64,000 nucleotides of DNA from Takakia lepidozioides. Lineage: Eukaryota > Plantae > Bryophyta. The translations under genes and the position numbers were made by a program. How positions within the stretch are numbered: the first letter of the stretch is position 1; every line of letters starts with the position of its first letter. Positions 51,210 to 64,000 of this stretch are shown here, piece after piece. The notes under the pieces were generated by a model. That model did no database searches. It worked only from the letters and a program-made list of their open reading frames with translations, and was not told the origin of the DNA. The stretch is from the NCBI GenBank assembly GCA_030704615.1, contig CM060732.1, forward strand, positions 73,222,001-73,286,000, read 5' to 3'.

Positions 51210-53747
51210 TCAGTTTCTGGGTGGAAGCCATATTCCCAGAGCAATATTCTCTACAGTCCCTCCAATTTTATCATCATTTGTGCGATAATCATCACACTCG
51301 GAAGACAGGTCCCTGCACTGAGAAGCAGGAAAAAAGTGCCGCTCCTTATCAGCCTTGAGACGTTGCTGGTGCAATTCCTCCAGAGCACTTCTAGCAGCCT
51401 CCCTTGCCCGTGATACATCAATGCTTTTGCAGTCAGAATGTTCTGAAAGACAAACACAAATAGCAGAAGGGAGTCAGACATGAAGCACATAAGCAATACA
51501 CTGGACACATCATGAAATGAGGCATGAATATATAGACCAAAAGGAATCCATCATACAACATATACTGGTTTAAAGACAAAGACATGATACTACCTGGAGG
51601 ATAAGATAACAACCCAAGGTCCAAATCCTCCCGACACTTGAGAATGTGCATGAACCGGATGACAGCTTCACATATAGCTGATTCTTCACCACCACACCAA
51701 AGCACTTGCAAAAGAATTGGATGGAGTTGGGCCATGTCTCCAATTGCTCGCTGGCGCACAGATCTCAGAAAACCCTGCACTTTATTAATAACTTCATTAC
51801 ACGACGTCTGGGTCCCCATAAGCAATGATTCCATATCCTGTTGTACCTCAGATTCTGCATGAGGATAATCCGGCATGTTTCCAAAGATGAAATAACCCTC
51901 CTCCAGTAGTGACTTCGCTGCATTATGAAGAGCTTGAGGTGCATCGGAGGAGGTGACATATCCCAATAGCGTGTCATGGGTCAGTCCTTCAGAGGGACAA
52001 GCCAGACACGTGCATTTTTCAAAGCAATACACAAACATAATCCTGAAGACTCGAAGGATTAGAGGGCAAGTAGGTGCGATTTCAAAATTCGACCTCCTGT
52101 TCATCATGATAGAGTTTGCTAATTGGTGGAACTCCGCTTCAGAATGTGTCCATGGACCTGGCAGCAATCCTTCCACTCCATCGACCTTCAAACTTGCATA
52201 CAGTGGAGACCAGTGCCACTGGGAATGCTCAATGCGTAAATGCTCCTGCTCGTCAAACTCTCGAAGCTTCTCCTTTACAAAATACTCTCTCTTCAAATGT
52301 AAATCCCGGTCTGCTGAAGCTTTTCGTTCTTCATAACTCTGAAGCTCGCGCAAGTACCCGATGTAATCACTAAGGGCAGCAACCTCTTCGTCCCTCAATG
52401 TGATGTCAGGACCACCATCCTTTTCCTTGAATCTCTTCATGGTAAGGTGGACAGTCTGCTTCTCAATAGTATCTGCCTCAGACTGAACAAACCACATTGA
52501 ATCAGGATAGGATACTTCACGACAGAAGATGGGAAACAAGAAGACAAGCAAATCACTAACAAAATGTTGGAATTTCGTACAGACGCAGACAAGTAAATAA
52601 TTCCAGACCGTGAAAAGGCACTTTAAAAATGGGAAGCACAGCTAAAAAGCACAGAAACAAGTCAGGAAAAGAAATAAGAATCCCCACATGTTTTATTGGA
52701 TTACCATTGAGAGGTCAAGGGATGTGAATAGGGAAATACCTCTTGTTCCATGTACCATGTTCCAAAGGCTCTCCGTAATGCATCATCCATACTTCCACTG
52801 TCAACAAATTCTCGAAAATTAGGCAAGAAGTTGTCATCATACACCTTTGGGAACTCTTCAGGAAGCAGTCTGAAGTTTAGCAAGTGCCACAGGCCTGGAC
52901 AATGTTTCTGTTCTGGACAAGGGCCAACAAAAACATCTGATGTCATTGTTGTAGCAACCCTGGATGCTTCAGCTTCAATATGCTCCCTCGTGTAGGACTC
53001 CTGTCTCTCATTTTTAGCCTGGCCATGTTTGGGATCAACTGAATCCAGGATCTTTGTGCTGGAGGTATGTTCTTTCCCATGCTCGTGTTCCTCATGTTCC
53101 ATTGTATTCTTAGACTTCTTCCTTATAATCGGCTGCTTCATCATGGGATTCCTAGCAACTCCTGGAGGCCGGACCCGTTTCCTGGCAATTGTCTCATGAA
53201 CCTTATGTTCCTCAGTGTCATGTGATTCGTGTAGCACAATAAATTGTTTTGTCCTAGAGCCTTCATGAGAATCCAGAATCTTGCCGGACCACTTTCTTGA
53301 TTTCATATGCCTCTTATCCTTGACATCATCCTCATTCCCAAAATTTCCTTCAATATCTGTATCCTCCAGCTTTGACAACCTGCCACCTTGTCCCCTCCTG
53401 AGCTTGGACCGAGAAGTACCCTTCCTTGGTTCCATGTATCCATGTTTAATTAGTATGTCTTCCATCTCAGCTTTTTGCCCTTTGCCAAACACCGGGTACA
53501 TTTTCATCACAGTGCTCCCATCTCCTGTAACGGCCTTACACCCCACTATCCTGTGGAGATTAAGTTTGTTTTTGTTTTTGTAAATTGCTTTACAATAAAC
53601 ACAACGGAAGGGTTTTCTGCCTAGTCTGTGCTCATCAGAGCACCTGGCTTCATGATGGCACTCGCAAATCAGCTTCTCATACTCGTCCGTGTCATAGTCT
53701 TCATGGTAAGTTCTCGTACCCTCCACCATGACTGAGTGTTTCACCAT
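51210..53747 (-). CDS. Uncharacterised 709-aa protein with N-terminal Zn-finger-like region; exons 52740-53747, 51594-52482, 51210-51442
   Basis: Three phase-compatible GT-AG exons (1008+889+233 nt) without stops; CECHHEARC..KPFRCVYCKAIYKNKNKLNLHRIVGC. Confidence 0.7.
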
Positions 53748-54029
53748 GGTTCAACAACACAAAAATGATCTACACGTAAAGAACAGAGGACATCAGATCA
53801 CTTAAACTGTAGTTTGGCACCAGAACGTATGAAGGCTGGAGAAACAAACAAGGCAGACGAGTAAGATGAAGCTCCAATGATACTTCCCCCTTTTAGTCTG
53901 CTCTACAGGTGAGTTGCAACGCATTATGCGTCTCTTGTCCTGGCTGCGAGTAACCAGGATTGCAGAGAGAATCAACATTTGGTTATTCTAACACTTACTT
54001 AAACAGATGTACTCATTTTCTTCCCTCCA

Positions 54030-54031
<2 letters not shown>

Positions 54032-54063
<32 letters not shown>
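54032..54063. repeat. (GA)n microsatellite
   Basis: About 15 GA units. Confidence 0.9.
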
Positions 54064-54068
<5 letters not shown>

Positions 54069-55525
54069 ACATGAGTGCCAATGTTTGAGCGCCAGATGTT
54101 CCTCACAGTCTGTGCAGAAGCTCGGGAGTGGGCTTCAACTTCGTGTGGTGGGTCGCAGTGCTGGGGCGAGGCTTCCAGTGTGGTACCCCTCTTTGTCCCC
54201 AGTTTCTGGTGCTTGCAAATAGGATCACGATTTCTACTAACCGCCTATAATTTATGTATCTCTCTTTGCAGAAACTTTGTATATCTTTCTCCGCTTTTCT
54301 GCAAGGGAGCGACTGGCTGCGCAACCATAGCTACATTTAATATATCCCAGCTCGAGGAAAACGCAGTAGTGCTCGAATCAAATTCAGCTTTCTTGTATGA
54401 TGCCACCCACTTCCAGCGCATACATCAACATTCGATTCGCTGTGACCGGATTGTCGTGGGCTGCGCAGGCAGCAGAGAAATTTCGATTGGAGACTCAATA
54501 GATACCCCACAAATGATTACCGAATTGCATTCTACATCCGAAGTACACCTGAGAAAACATGATCCCGAGCATTCAGGAGGGTTCAGAACCCGCGAGGGAC
54601 GTAGCCAACGTTTCAGGGAACTTATATGGGTACATTCTCGCTCTCTCTCGCTCTCTCTCCCTTTAGAGAACTGCTCAACACTGGCGTAGGATGACGAGCA
54701 TGACAAAACGAGCTAACTCTAGTACACTTTGTTTGTTTGTTGTGCGTTACTGTGCCAGGGAGCAGGTATTTGGGCTTTTCATGGACTTACTTATAAAAAG
54801 CATTCTTTCTTGTTTTCCCCTCTGTCTCTGTCACTATCTCACAGTCCATCAAACAAGACCCAAACACAAAATCCCCCGGGAAACTGGTTGAGGATAAACG
54901 GACAAGAGAAGCAGGACTGTCAGAAAGACAGCCCATTCTTTAAGGCACTCTACCCTGTAAAATCTCTGTTAAAAGAAACAACACAACACCTGCAGGCGTC
55001 GTGCTCAATTGCCTCTTGCCGATGGCACTTTCTAGATCCTCCGCTGCAACTAGATCTTCAGAAGTAGCAGGGGGGTCGATATTCCATCTTGTAATAGAGA
55101 TGGTGCCCATTTGAAGGTGAGGCCCCCCCACCTTTCACCATGCTCCCTCGTCTAACCAATTTCCAAAACTCCCACCTCAGATTGCAACAAACCCACTTCG
55201 CATAAGCGCCATCTCTCTCTCTCTCGTCCCATACAACCTCCCTCTCTCCCCCTGCACTTGTGTGGAGATCGTGTGATGTGCTCACATAGTTTTGGGCCCA
55301 TCGAAAGAGATTCAGGCCTATGCACACGATGTGGGAAGACGAATGTGAGCGTGGGGATGGATAGAAAGATCGTGGTGGGGTGGCGGGCGAAGACGACCGT
55401 GTTTCTTGGCGCACGTCGTACAGACATGAAGAAAGGTGGCGAGATGTTGAACAAGGACACGAAACGGTCCTTGTGCTCGAGGCATGAAGGCATCGATGCT
55501 TTGCGAGCTCCGTGCGGGATCGGCG

Positions 55526-57648
55526 ATGGCCGATCTTGCATCTCTTGACGACAGTCTACGGGAGACTCTGCACAAGGAAGCGGCGGAGAGCGAACGGCGG
55601 CAGAAGGCTGCTGAGATTCAGAAGCTGGTTTGGGAGCAGCTGCGTTCTGCCACACCTCCTCAGCCTCTGCGCAGTGGCATTGCCGATGGAGAAGAGAAGA
55701 ACCCAATCTCCGGGTCTGCAGTGGAGCTAGTCCATGCAAAAGAGAAGGAGATCGAGAAGCGTAAGCTGCAAGTCCGAGAGAAAGTCCAGGCGCAGCTCAG
55801 TCGTGTGGAACACGAGGCTCGAAATCTTGATCAGCTTCGCAAGGTATGTCTCCTCAATTTTCAAAATGTTTGAAGAGAGTGTGAGGCTGAATTGGCACTA
55901 CCTGAGATCATTCCCTGTTTGTGGTCCATAATTGGAAAGTTCTGAAGCCGCAATGCTGGGATCCCAACATGAATTTTGGGAGAGGAAGCCCTGCTTCTTT
56001 TTCAGTGTGTTTTGCAGTCATCAGCTACCCCTGTTGTCTGACTACCACACTATCGACATTACTCAAGGCGCATCCACTGCTACTTCCGATCGTGGTATTT
56101 GGACACATGGAAGAATGTGACCTTCCAACCGTTCGGCAGCTAAGCAGGAAAGTTGAAATACTCCGTAATTTCACCTAAGTTTTCAGTCACTGCTTTGCTG
56201 CATCAGGAGCGAGTGCTCGGGTAGCCTGCATTCAATTCTGGTTTATGTTTCTTATCAATTTCATCGTGTACATGGTCGGCCTACCGATAGGCTACACTTT
56301 GAGGGGAGATCACAGGGGCGTGTAAGGTCCCCATATATCTTGTTGCTGTGCATATTTATCCTCTCTTTATCAGCATATGCCTTAGAGCAGACCTCTTAGC
56401 ATGGAGAATACTATTCAGCAAAAGGTGTGTACGCCTTTACGCACCCTCCCGTGCCCTTGCTCTCTCCTGGACTGAAAAGACACGGAAATTATATCTCTCG
56501 AGACCAAGATCTGGATCGCGGCGTAGGAGCATCAGTCTCAGATGTTAATCGGAGAGCTGTGGTAGTGACTATCCAGAGCAACTACATCTGTTGTAAATTT
56601 CTAGGCAAGACAGTTGGTACAGGAAGCGGCTGGTTGCAGGATGCAGGAGTGTGTTTCTGTATATGTGCTTATGTTCTGTCTTCTAGAGCTATTAGATGTC
56701 GAAAATGCTAGTGCAGTATCTTTATAAGAATTTGAACCTGAAGTAGAGATCCCAGTCTTCATGAGGACAATGGACTAGTAGAGTTTCTGCTTGTTATCCT
56801 GGTTTTGTAGTGGCTGTGTTCTCAATACTATGTCATGATTTAGCAGGAGCTGGAAAGTATGGAGGACCCAACAAAGAAAGAAGTTGCAGACATCAGAAAG
56901 AAGATTGAGTCTGTTGACCGGGACTTGAGGCCTATGAAGCAGTTGTGTGAGCGGAAGGTACTATTTCCAGTCTAATTCTGTTGTAAGCAACAATCGCGTA
57001 AGGTTGCACAATATTTGTGCTACCCTTCATTTTGCAATTCACAGTTTTCATCTTGCAGGAGAAGGAGTTGAAAGAGGCATTGGAAGCCCACAATGAGAAG
57101 AGCAAGGTTAAATCTGAGCTCGTTGGAAGATTGATGGAAGTAAGTGAACATTTGAAATTCCACATCATGTGTAGTGGGTTTTCTCAACACAGTTTAATTA
57201 TTCTTTGAAGTAGGCTGCTTCATTGAGCCCTGGCTCGCTTAGGAAGGTGAAGCCTAGGTTTTCTCCTGCTTCTGAAAGATGATCATAGGTGAGTGGACCT
57301 GGCTCTTGCTGTGTGTAAGAGGGCTACTAACGGAAAGGTTGCTACTCTTTGGTGTAACTGTAGCTCATTTTGGCTGTGTCAAGGATATGATTTGAAGGCT
57401 GATACGGTTGTCCAAGTGATATTAATCCTGAAAAGGTTTTTCTTCAGAATCCTACAACATATCCGTGATGTCTTGCCATTACTCATGTTAACATTCAAAT
57501 GTGTTTATCAATAAAGACTGATCATGGCATGCTCTTGTTTTGGGTGGGGCAGATTGTAACTGAGAGTGAGAGAGTGAGGATGCAGAAGTTAGAGGAGCTC
57601 ACCAAACTTTTGGATGGTATGGAGAAAAGCAGTCGTATATCTCAGTGA
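55526..57648 (+). CDS. RAB6-interacting golgin / DUF662 coiled-coil protein; exons 55526-55843, 56847-56957, 57059-57139, 57553-57648
   Basis: AKEKEIEKRKLQVREKVQAQLSRVEHEARNL..ELESMEDPTKKEVADIRKKIESVDRDLRP..EKELKEALEAHNEKSKVKSELV..ESERVRMQKLEEL. Confidence 0.88.
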
Positions 57649-59223
57649 GTAGTTTTGGGTGGTTTGAGCTGTGAAAACTGGCCTGTCTGTTGTGATCCTC
57701 CGTGGGTACATCTCACAGAAAATCTGCAGAAAGTACTCATGTGCAGAATTACAACAAGATAAATGAACAATCCTTAATTGCTGAAAATTTTTCTCTGTTA
57801 GCAAACAATTGGCAGCGTTCTGGAGCTGGACAAGCGAACCACAAGAACCTCACTTGCAGAGCATCACTGGCTCATTTATAAGTTGCACGTCCGGCTTAAG
57901 GAAGCCACCCGCGCGTATATTCTATCTGTTGTTCAATTAACAGATCAACAGACCAATGTGTAAAAATGGAGGTCAAATTGTATGATCATCCATGTGCATG
58001 ATAAAAAACATGGCACCTTTAAATCATTACTGCTAAGCTGCTAAGCATTAAGATTGTTGTAGGATTGGAGTACCATACATCTGACATCGGCAGTCTTCTA
58101 TTTAGATTCTCATGAAGTCCTGTATCTGCTGGTGTGCTGGTTTCCCCACATGTTGCTTTCATCAACTAAATGCAGTAAAGGAAAAGAGAAATAGAATTGC
58201 GGCCGGAGTCATTCAATTGGAATATGATTCAGGTTAAGTGGTCTAGAGAGGAGGCGCAGTTTGTTTCAGGGCCCTTGAGATTACCATAGAAGTATGTTTG
58301 TGAGGTCAACCTATTGTGACTGAACTCCCACATCAATAATTGAGATTAACTCTGACCAGCCAGGATTCATTTGTCAAATTGAAGATGTCAATGGTTTCGT
58401 ACTTCACTTGCCCCAAAGCTGTCTTTGTAGTGGATACTTTCAAACACATAGATGTCTGGGAACACCATTTTCCTCGAGCATCAATGGTCCTTGGACTCGG
58501 GTTTAGAGGTCTCCTTGAAGTCCCGCTTTTCGTCCGCACACCAGGAATGACCGGTTGGCATCCCCACAGTATGGGACCTAGGCATACCCAACACCTCACA
58601 GGGCACCATAGCCCCCTCCAGGAAATTGGTGATTGCATGTCCAGACTTGATCAGTCTAGTACTCTCACTAGTCTGCAGTCCCTGCAAGTGTTGAATTCTC
58701 CATCAGGGTGGCAGATCTTTCATTAGCAAAAGACATGCACAAAACAATCTAAGATCCCATCCAGGTATCCCAATTCCTTCTAAGAGGTGTTGATATTGGA
58801 GTGAAGGTGATACTTCTGAGAACATACCTACCTTTTCTGAAGGCTTGCTGGTAAATTTGTAAAACTAGAACACTACCGCATATCCTCATGGTTGAGGCAT
58901 ATGTTGTAGGTTTAGACAAATTACCATACCCGTAGCATTCAAAATTCAGAGAGCATCGTCAGACTGATCTAATAGCCCAGTGCGAATAAGTAGTGCATTT
59001 TCATGTGTACTGTTTCTGTAAAGGAGCTTATATTGGCGGGTTTGTTGGTAGATCAATTACACATAGAGAACTCCTCTGCGAGCTTCCACTTGTGCCTTCC
59101 AGGCCATCAAGAAAGCAACCAAGATTATTGCATCATTATTGTGAATGATAACAGCATTCCAATCATTTTGAGATGTGATCATATGTGGCTGGGAGACAGA
59201 CACACAGACTGACTGCAGGATCA

Positions 59224-60056
59224 CTAAAGCTGGTCAGGTTTCTCCTCATTCACCAAAGGAAGAAGGTCTCTAGTTTCCAGTTGATCGCTGAGGGCTTTGG
59301 CTGATTGTTGGGAAAGCTTGTGGCGCACATAACCATAGAAGGTACAGCCAATCAGTGTGACCATACAGCCCAACGCATTCATGATGGAAATGGGGTTCTT
59401 GAAGATGAGCCATGACATGATGATAGCCACTGCAACCTACAATCACACATGCTGCCATATTATCAACAAAGATATGACAAGCAGAATCAACAATCATCCA
59501 ATGTTTATGCTGCTAACTTTTCCAAATTGCCAAGGGAGGGAGGAGAATTGTGGAGCATTCCTATGTAATCTGTCTTGTCCTAAAGCCCACAAGTTGTAGA
59601 AGATGACTTTTTGGTGTTTTCTGGACAGATAACTGTAAGTTAATCTGTACACTGTTACAATAGAAGAAAGAAGGTATGACTCTTACAAAGAGCTCCTTTA
59701 CCGTAAGCCTTATCTCTTGGTCTTCCAGGTTCTCTGCTTGCTTACTGACCTGAAGATACAAACATAACCCCCTTTGTAATGATAGTACACAAGCAAGCCA
59801 AGCCATAAAGAAGAGGGCACCTACCTTCATATTCCCTGCAACATTAAATGTCACTGCTGTGGTGGTGTGGATGACATAGAATATGGAGAAGTTGAGACAG
59901 AACGCCGATACTCCAGACAATATAATGATAAGCAGAGGGACAAACAAAGATTCTTGAGAGTCTGCCCACTTCAGCACACCTCCCCCCTCCAAGAGAAGTG
60001 CAGGAATGGAGAGGATCATAGTCGCATATGGTGCCATGTAGTACACTGTGTTTATA
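59224..60056 (-). CDS. Nucleotide-sugar transporter (UDP-GalT1/GONST5-like), last two exons 59825-60056 and 59224-59436; 5' exons not found in window
   Basis: SINTVYYMAPYATMIL..LLLEG..SGVSAFCLNFSIFYVIHTTTAVTFNVAGNMK|VAVAIIMSWLIFKNPIS.MNALGC.VTLIGCTFYGYVRH. Confidence 0.9.
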
Positions 60057-60160
60057 CTGTCCATATGCCCCATGTCAGCACTTGTTAGATATGCCACACA
60101 TACAAGCATCATCCTCTACCTTGTTGTTCTCCGTAAAATCTCTCTCTCTCTCTCTCACAC

Positions 60161-63100
60161 AGGCAATGGGCAGGTAAGATGTGTACACTCAAGGCAGCCT
60201 CTGCCAAACGCGGTCAAAAAGGGGTCGGATTCTTTGTCCGTGATTTCTTGTTTGACAGTTGTGAAATTATCAACAAGGGTTTGAGGTACGAGCATAGTAT
60301 CTGGCTAAAACTGAATTTGAAGGGCGGCATGAGTACAAAGGACCTCTTTGTTGGTTGTGTTTACATGCCCACAGAGGGGACCCTTAGTGCTGACGCAGAC
60401 AAGGCCTTCGAAGATGTAAAGCTGGACTGTGCTTCGTTCCTTGCCAAAGGTCAGGTGGTACTATTGGGGACTTCAATGCCCGGGTGGGCAAAGGGATCCA
60501 TCAGGACGATATCATTGGACCTTTTGGTGAGGACGAGCTGAATTCTAATGGCAGACGGTTAATTAACTGTCTAGAAGAGCTTCAGCTTTTGACCTTGAAT
60601 AACAGGACAAGAGGTGACCAAGTGCAGTGGACTCGTGAGAAACCCCAAACTGGGGAACGTTCCATTGTGGACTATATCATAATGGACAAAATTTTGTTCC
60701 CCCAGTGTGCCAATGTGTTGATCGACAGAACTGATATTGGTACCTCTGACCACTTCCTGGTTTGGACTGAGATCAAAAGGTATTTTCCCACCACCAAGAG
60801 ATCTGTCAAACGTTCGATTCGGAAGTGGCGCATAGAAAAATTCCACAATGAGGAGGTCAAGGCTGAGTACGTCCAGGCCTTGCAAGAGGCTCTCCCTCAT
60901 TTTGTCCAATCGCTCCAAGAACTTCAGTCACGCTCTGTTAACGCAAGAAATGAAGTCGAACGAGCAGTGGACTCTTGGGAGAGTTTCGTTTCCTCCGTGG
61001 CTGACAAGATCATTGGGAGGAAACTAATTGTCTGCGGTAGAGCAGTTAATTGGTGGACTAATGAGATTAAACTCAAGATAGCTGAGAGACGAGCCCTCTA
61101 TAAAGAGTGCTGCAATTTGGAAACCAACAGAGAATTGTGGGCGAGGTACTACCAGCTCCGTAAAGATATCAATCAGCTTGTTAGGTCTCAGAAGAAATTA
61201 TACTGGGACAAGTTATACAGTGAAATAAACTCAAACCACCATGGTGGTAATGACAAGAAATTCTGGTTGGCCCTTCAACGTTTGTACAAACCGAAAAACG
61301 GTCAGCAAGTACAAGCGCTGAAGACTACTAAAGGTGCAGTGGTGACTTCATCGGTTGACATTGTCAAAACCTTTGAAACTCACTACAGTATCCTTGGCAG
61401 AACTTCTAGGTCTAACAGTGTCTTCTGCTGAATGGAGGGACACAGTTGGAAAAACTGTTCCTATGATTCAAAACAGCCCTGATGAACTGGAGTATATTTC
61501 AATGGCTTATAATGCTCCCATTAGTTCTTCTGAGATTGTGGAAGCAATTGAACATTTAAATGGATATAAAGCTGGTGGACCTGATGGTATTGTCAACGAG
61601 CTTATCAAGCACGGTGGCGATCCCATGATAGAGGCCCTAGTTCTCCTCTTTAACCTTATCTGGAAGACTGAAATGATCCCCTTTCGCTGGCGACAGGGGG
61701 TCATTGTCAATCTATACAAGAAGGGTGACAGAGAAGAACCGGGGAACTACCGTGGCATCACGCTCCTCAATGCTGTTGGCAAGACATTCTGCAGAGTTAT
61801 AAGTACTCGTCTCGAGGTTGATCTGGAGTCTAGAGGTTGTTTCCACGAAGGCCAAGCTGGCTTTCGGCGAAACAGGGGCTGTGTGGATCATATCTTCACT
61901 CTAAGCCAGATTATCCAGGGAAGGAAAAAAGAAGGGAAACCCACTTATGTCTTTTTCCTGGATGTCAAAAAGGCTTATGACACAGTGTGGAGAGATGGCC
62001 TATGGTTCTGCCTCTGGTCTTGTGGGATCAAGGGAAAGATGTGGAGAGTTGTCCACAACTTGTATGCTCACACCAAAAGCTGTGTCACTGTTAACGGACA
62101 GAAGTCCAACTTCTTTGACATAGACCAAGGTGTAGCTCAAGGATGTAGTCTCTCCCCTCTGCTCTTCAATGTTTTCATCAATCAACTCCTCGAGGATGTG
62201 GAAAGTGAGGGATTTGGGTTAAGGGTGGGTGATACCACCATACCAGCCCTTATGTTTGCGGATGACTTCGCAGGCATAGGGGAGACTCCAACCAATCTCC
62301 AGGAGTTGATTGATTGCACGAAGAGATACTTTGATCTTTTGGGGCTAGAGGCTAATGTCAGCAAATGTGCAGTGGTAGCATTCAACGACAGAGGAGAGGG
62401 AGGAAGTGATCTTAAGTGGCAGTGGGGTAGCCAAGAGATCCCGGTCCTCCCTTCCTACACTTACCTGGGCGTTGAGTTCTCCTCCAATTGTAATTGGGAT
62501 GCACATATCCGGAAAGTTGTTCAAACTGGCAAGGGCAAAGCTCTGGGGCTCACTAAATTTTTCCACTGCAGAGGGGTCAACTCTGAGGTCAAGAAAACCA
62601 TGCTTTGTCGCGCTATTAGACCTGCCTTGGAGTACGGATCTGCTATATGGGTTGATAACTCCAACCAGGTTAAGTCTCTAGAATCCATTCAAGTGGGGGT
62701 GCTTAAGGAGTGTATGTCAGCATGCTCCAAAACAGCCGATGTGGCTGTTCGGGGTGAGTTTGGCATTCCGTCCTTAAGCTCCCAACGAGATGAATTCAAG
62801 GTCAGATGGTGGGGTCAGCTGCAACATATGCCCAACACCAGATATCCTAAGTTAATCGATGGAAACAGGACCGCCCTGTCAAACAGGCTAAGTCCTGGCA
62901 GAAGAGAGTAGAAGAGATCCTCAAGGACCTGGACCTGGATCCGCAAGTCTTGACCCTGCTGGATAAATCTGACTTAGAGGCTGTAGTGTCCTCAGCCATG
63001 TCTGTTGCCATGAGATTGTCTGATGGAAATGAAGTTAGGCAGAAAACTTCCCTGAACTTGTTTCCAGTCTGTGACGTGGGGGAGGACATCTTGGATGACC

Positions 63101-63621
63101 TCAAGGGTCTACCCACTCTCGGCACTAGACTGAAATTTAAACTCAGGGCAGGAAGCCTACCTTTGAACAGCAAACAGAAGCAGAGAGGAAAGGGAGAGTG
63201 CAATTGCCAGTTGTGTGGGCAATCTGAAGACCGTATTCATTTTCTGATACACTGTCCGGGGTTCTCTCACCAAAGAGACGCTCTCTTCAAATCTATTAAG
63301 GGAATTGTGCCTGTACCCCTGTTTACCAACTTTGAAAGTCTCGAGGCTGAGCCAAAAGCCCAGGCCCTCCTGAGGCCTAGTTTTTGGGCAAATCACACAC
63401 AACAGATTGATGCTTGTGTGAAGGGATTTCTAGAGGATATCTGGAAAACCCAGATTAATTCTTTATATGGAGGTAAGTCTTACTACCAACGTCAGCCCCT
63501 GACAGAGGTAGGTTCTGTCCCTTTTGTTCCCGCTCAAACTGGGCGCGGGGTCAATGGCCACAAGGCTACGGCAAACAACGTCTTATGAGTACAATCTCTC
63601 TCACACACACACACATACACA
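60161..63621 (+). mobile_element. RTE/RTEX-like LINE family A, near-complete ORF2 (APE-RT-Cys/His), frameshifted, antisense in the transporter intron
   Basis: APE: GVGFFV, VYMP, SIVDYI, SDH; RT: KAGGPDG, NYRGITLL, QAGFR, FLDVKKAYD, GVAQGCSLSPLLF, FADD; C-terminal CQLCG.SEDRIHFLIHC; stop at 63588 then TC/CA tail. Confidence 0.95.
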
Positions 63622-63623
63622 CC

Positions 63624-64000
63624 TCCCTGTCCTCTAGGAAGCCTATTGCCATTGTGTGGACTTGATACGGGAGTACATAAATGTCTCTGTGACTAAATGC
63701 CGGCCTTGTGACCCCATGTCTTTGTTTGTTTTGACCTGAAGCGCTTTGCTTCAGGTAAGGTAGTGCATTGGAGTCAGTTGGGAGAGTTTGGGACCTCTCC
63801 CTCTTCAGAGTATGCCTATGCGGGCCATTCCCTGCAGCTCCCTTGAAAGTGATCTCTGAACGGTGACAAGCGGACCCCTACCGCTTGGGTTAGCCCCTCC
63901 ACCCAAATTGGGCAGTTGTATGCTCTGTCTAGCATACTTGGCACTTGGGCGAGGGTTGGTCCTTGTGCTTGAACTTATAGCCTGTGAATTTTACCAATAC
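63624..64000 (+). mobile_element. Second copy of the structured 5' UTR, directly after the LINE tail
   Basis: Aligns with the reverse complement of ~430-790 from the same start. Confidence 0.7.

Noticed and set aside
54075-54689. 204-aa ORF
   Set aside because: No recognisable motif; lies between microsatellites in the intergenic region of two divergent genes.
58333-58726. Overlapping ORFs between the golgin and transporter 3' ends
   Set aside because: No motif or splice support.

Overview
Eukaryotic nuclear DNA from a land plant, probably a seed-free lineage (inferred from short GT-AG introns, abundant PLS-class PPR sequence and RTEX-like LINEs). Host genes: 3' exons of ECM29, complete CGI121/TPRKB, a beta-carbonic anhydrase with a frameshifted last exon, a PLS-PPR gene with an N-terminal OSB-type PDF motif and an eroded DYW tail, a WTF1-like PORR gene, an intact 709-aa orphan Zn-finger gene, a RAB6-interacting golgin (DUF662) gene and 3' exons of a UDP-galactose/GONST5-like transporter. 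Between them lie a full-length decayed Ty1/copia element (with a nested solo LTR) inserted in a captured RPN11 exon, two RTE/RTEX-like LINE families, L1 remnants, a hAT-type MITE, a tRNA-derived SINE and decayed PDF-PPR paralogues. The most unusual item is an intron-containing, decayed gene at ~19.4-22.5 kb with a ParB-like DGNH motif and a bacterial-type beta-class N4C/N6A DNA methyltransferase, followed by transposon-end-like sequence. Second is a putative LINE 5' UTR, present twice, with compensatory base changes in a hairpin. All calls come from reading motifs by eye; no database search was run.
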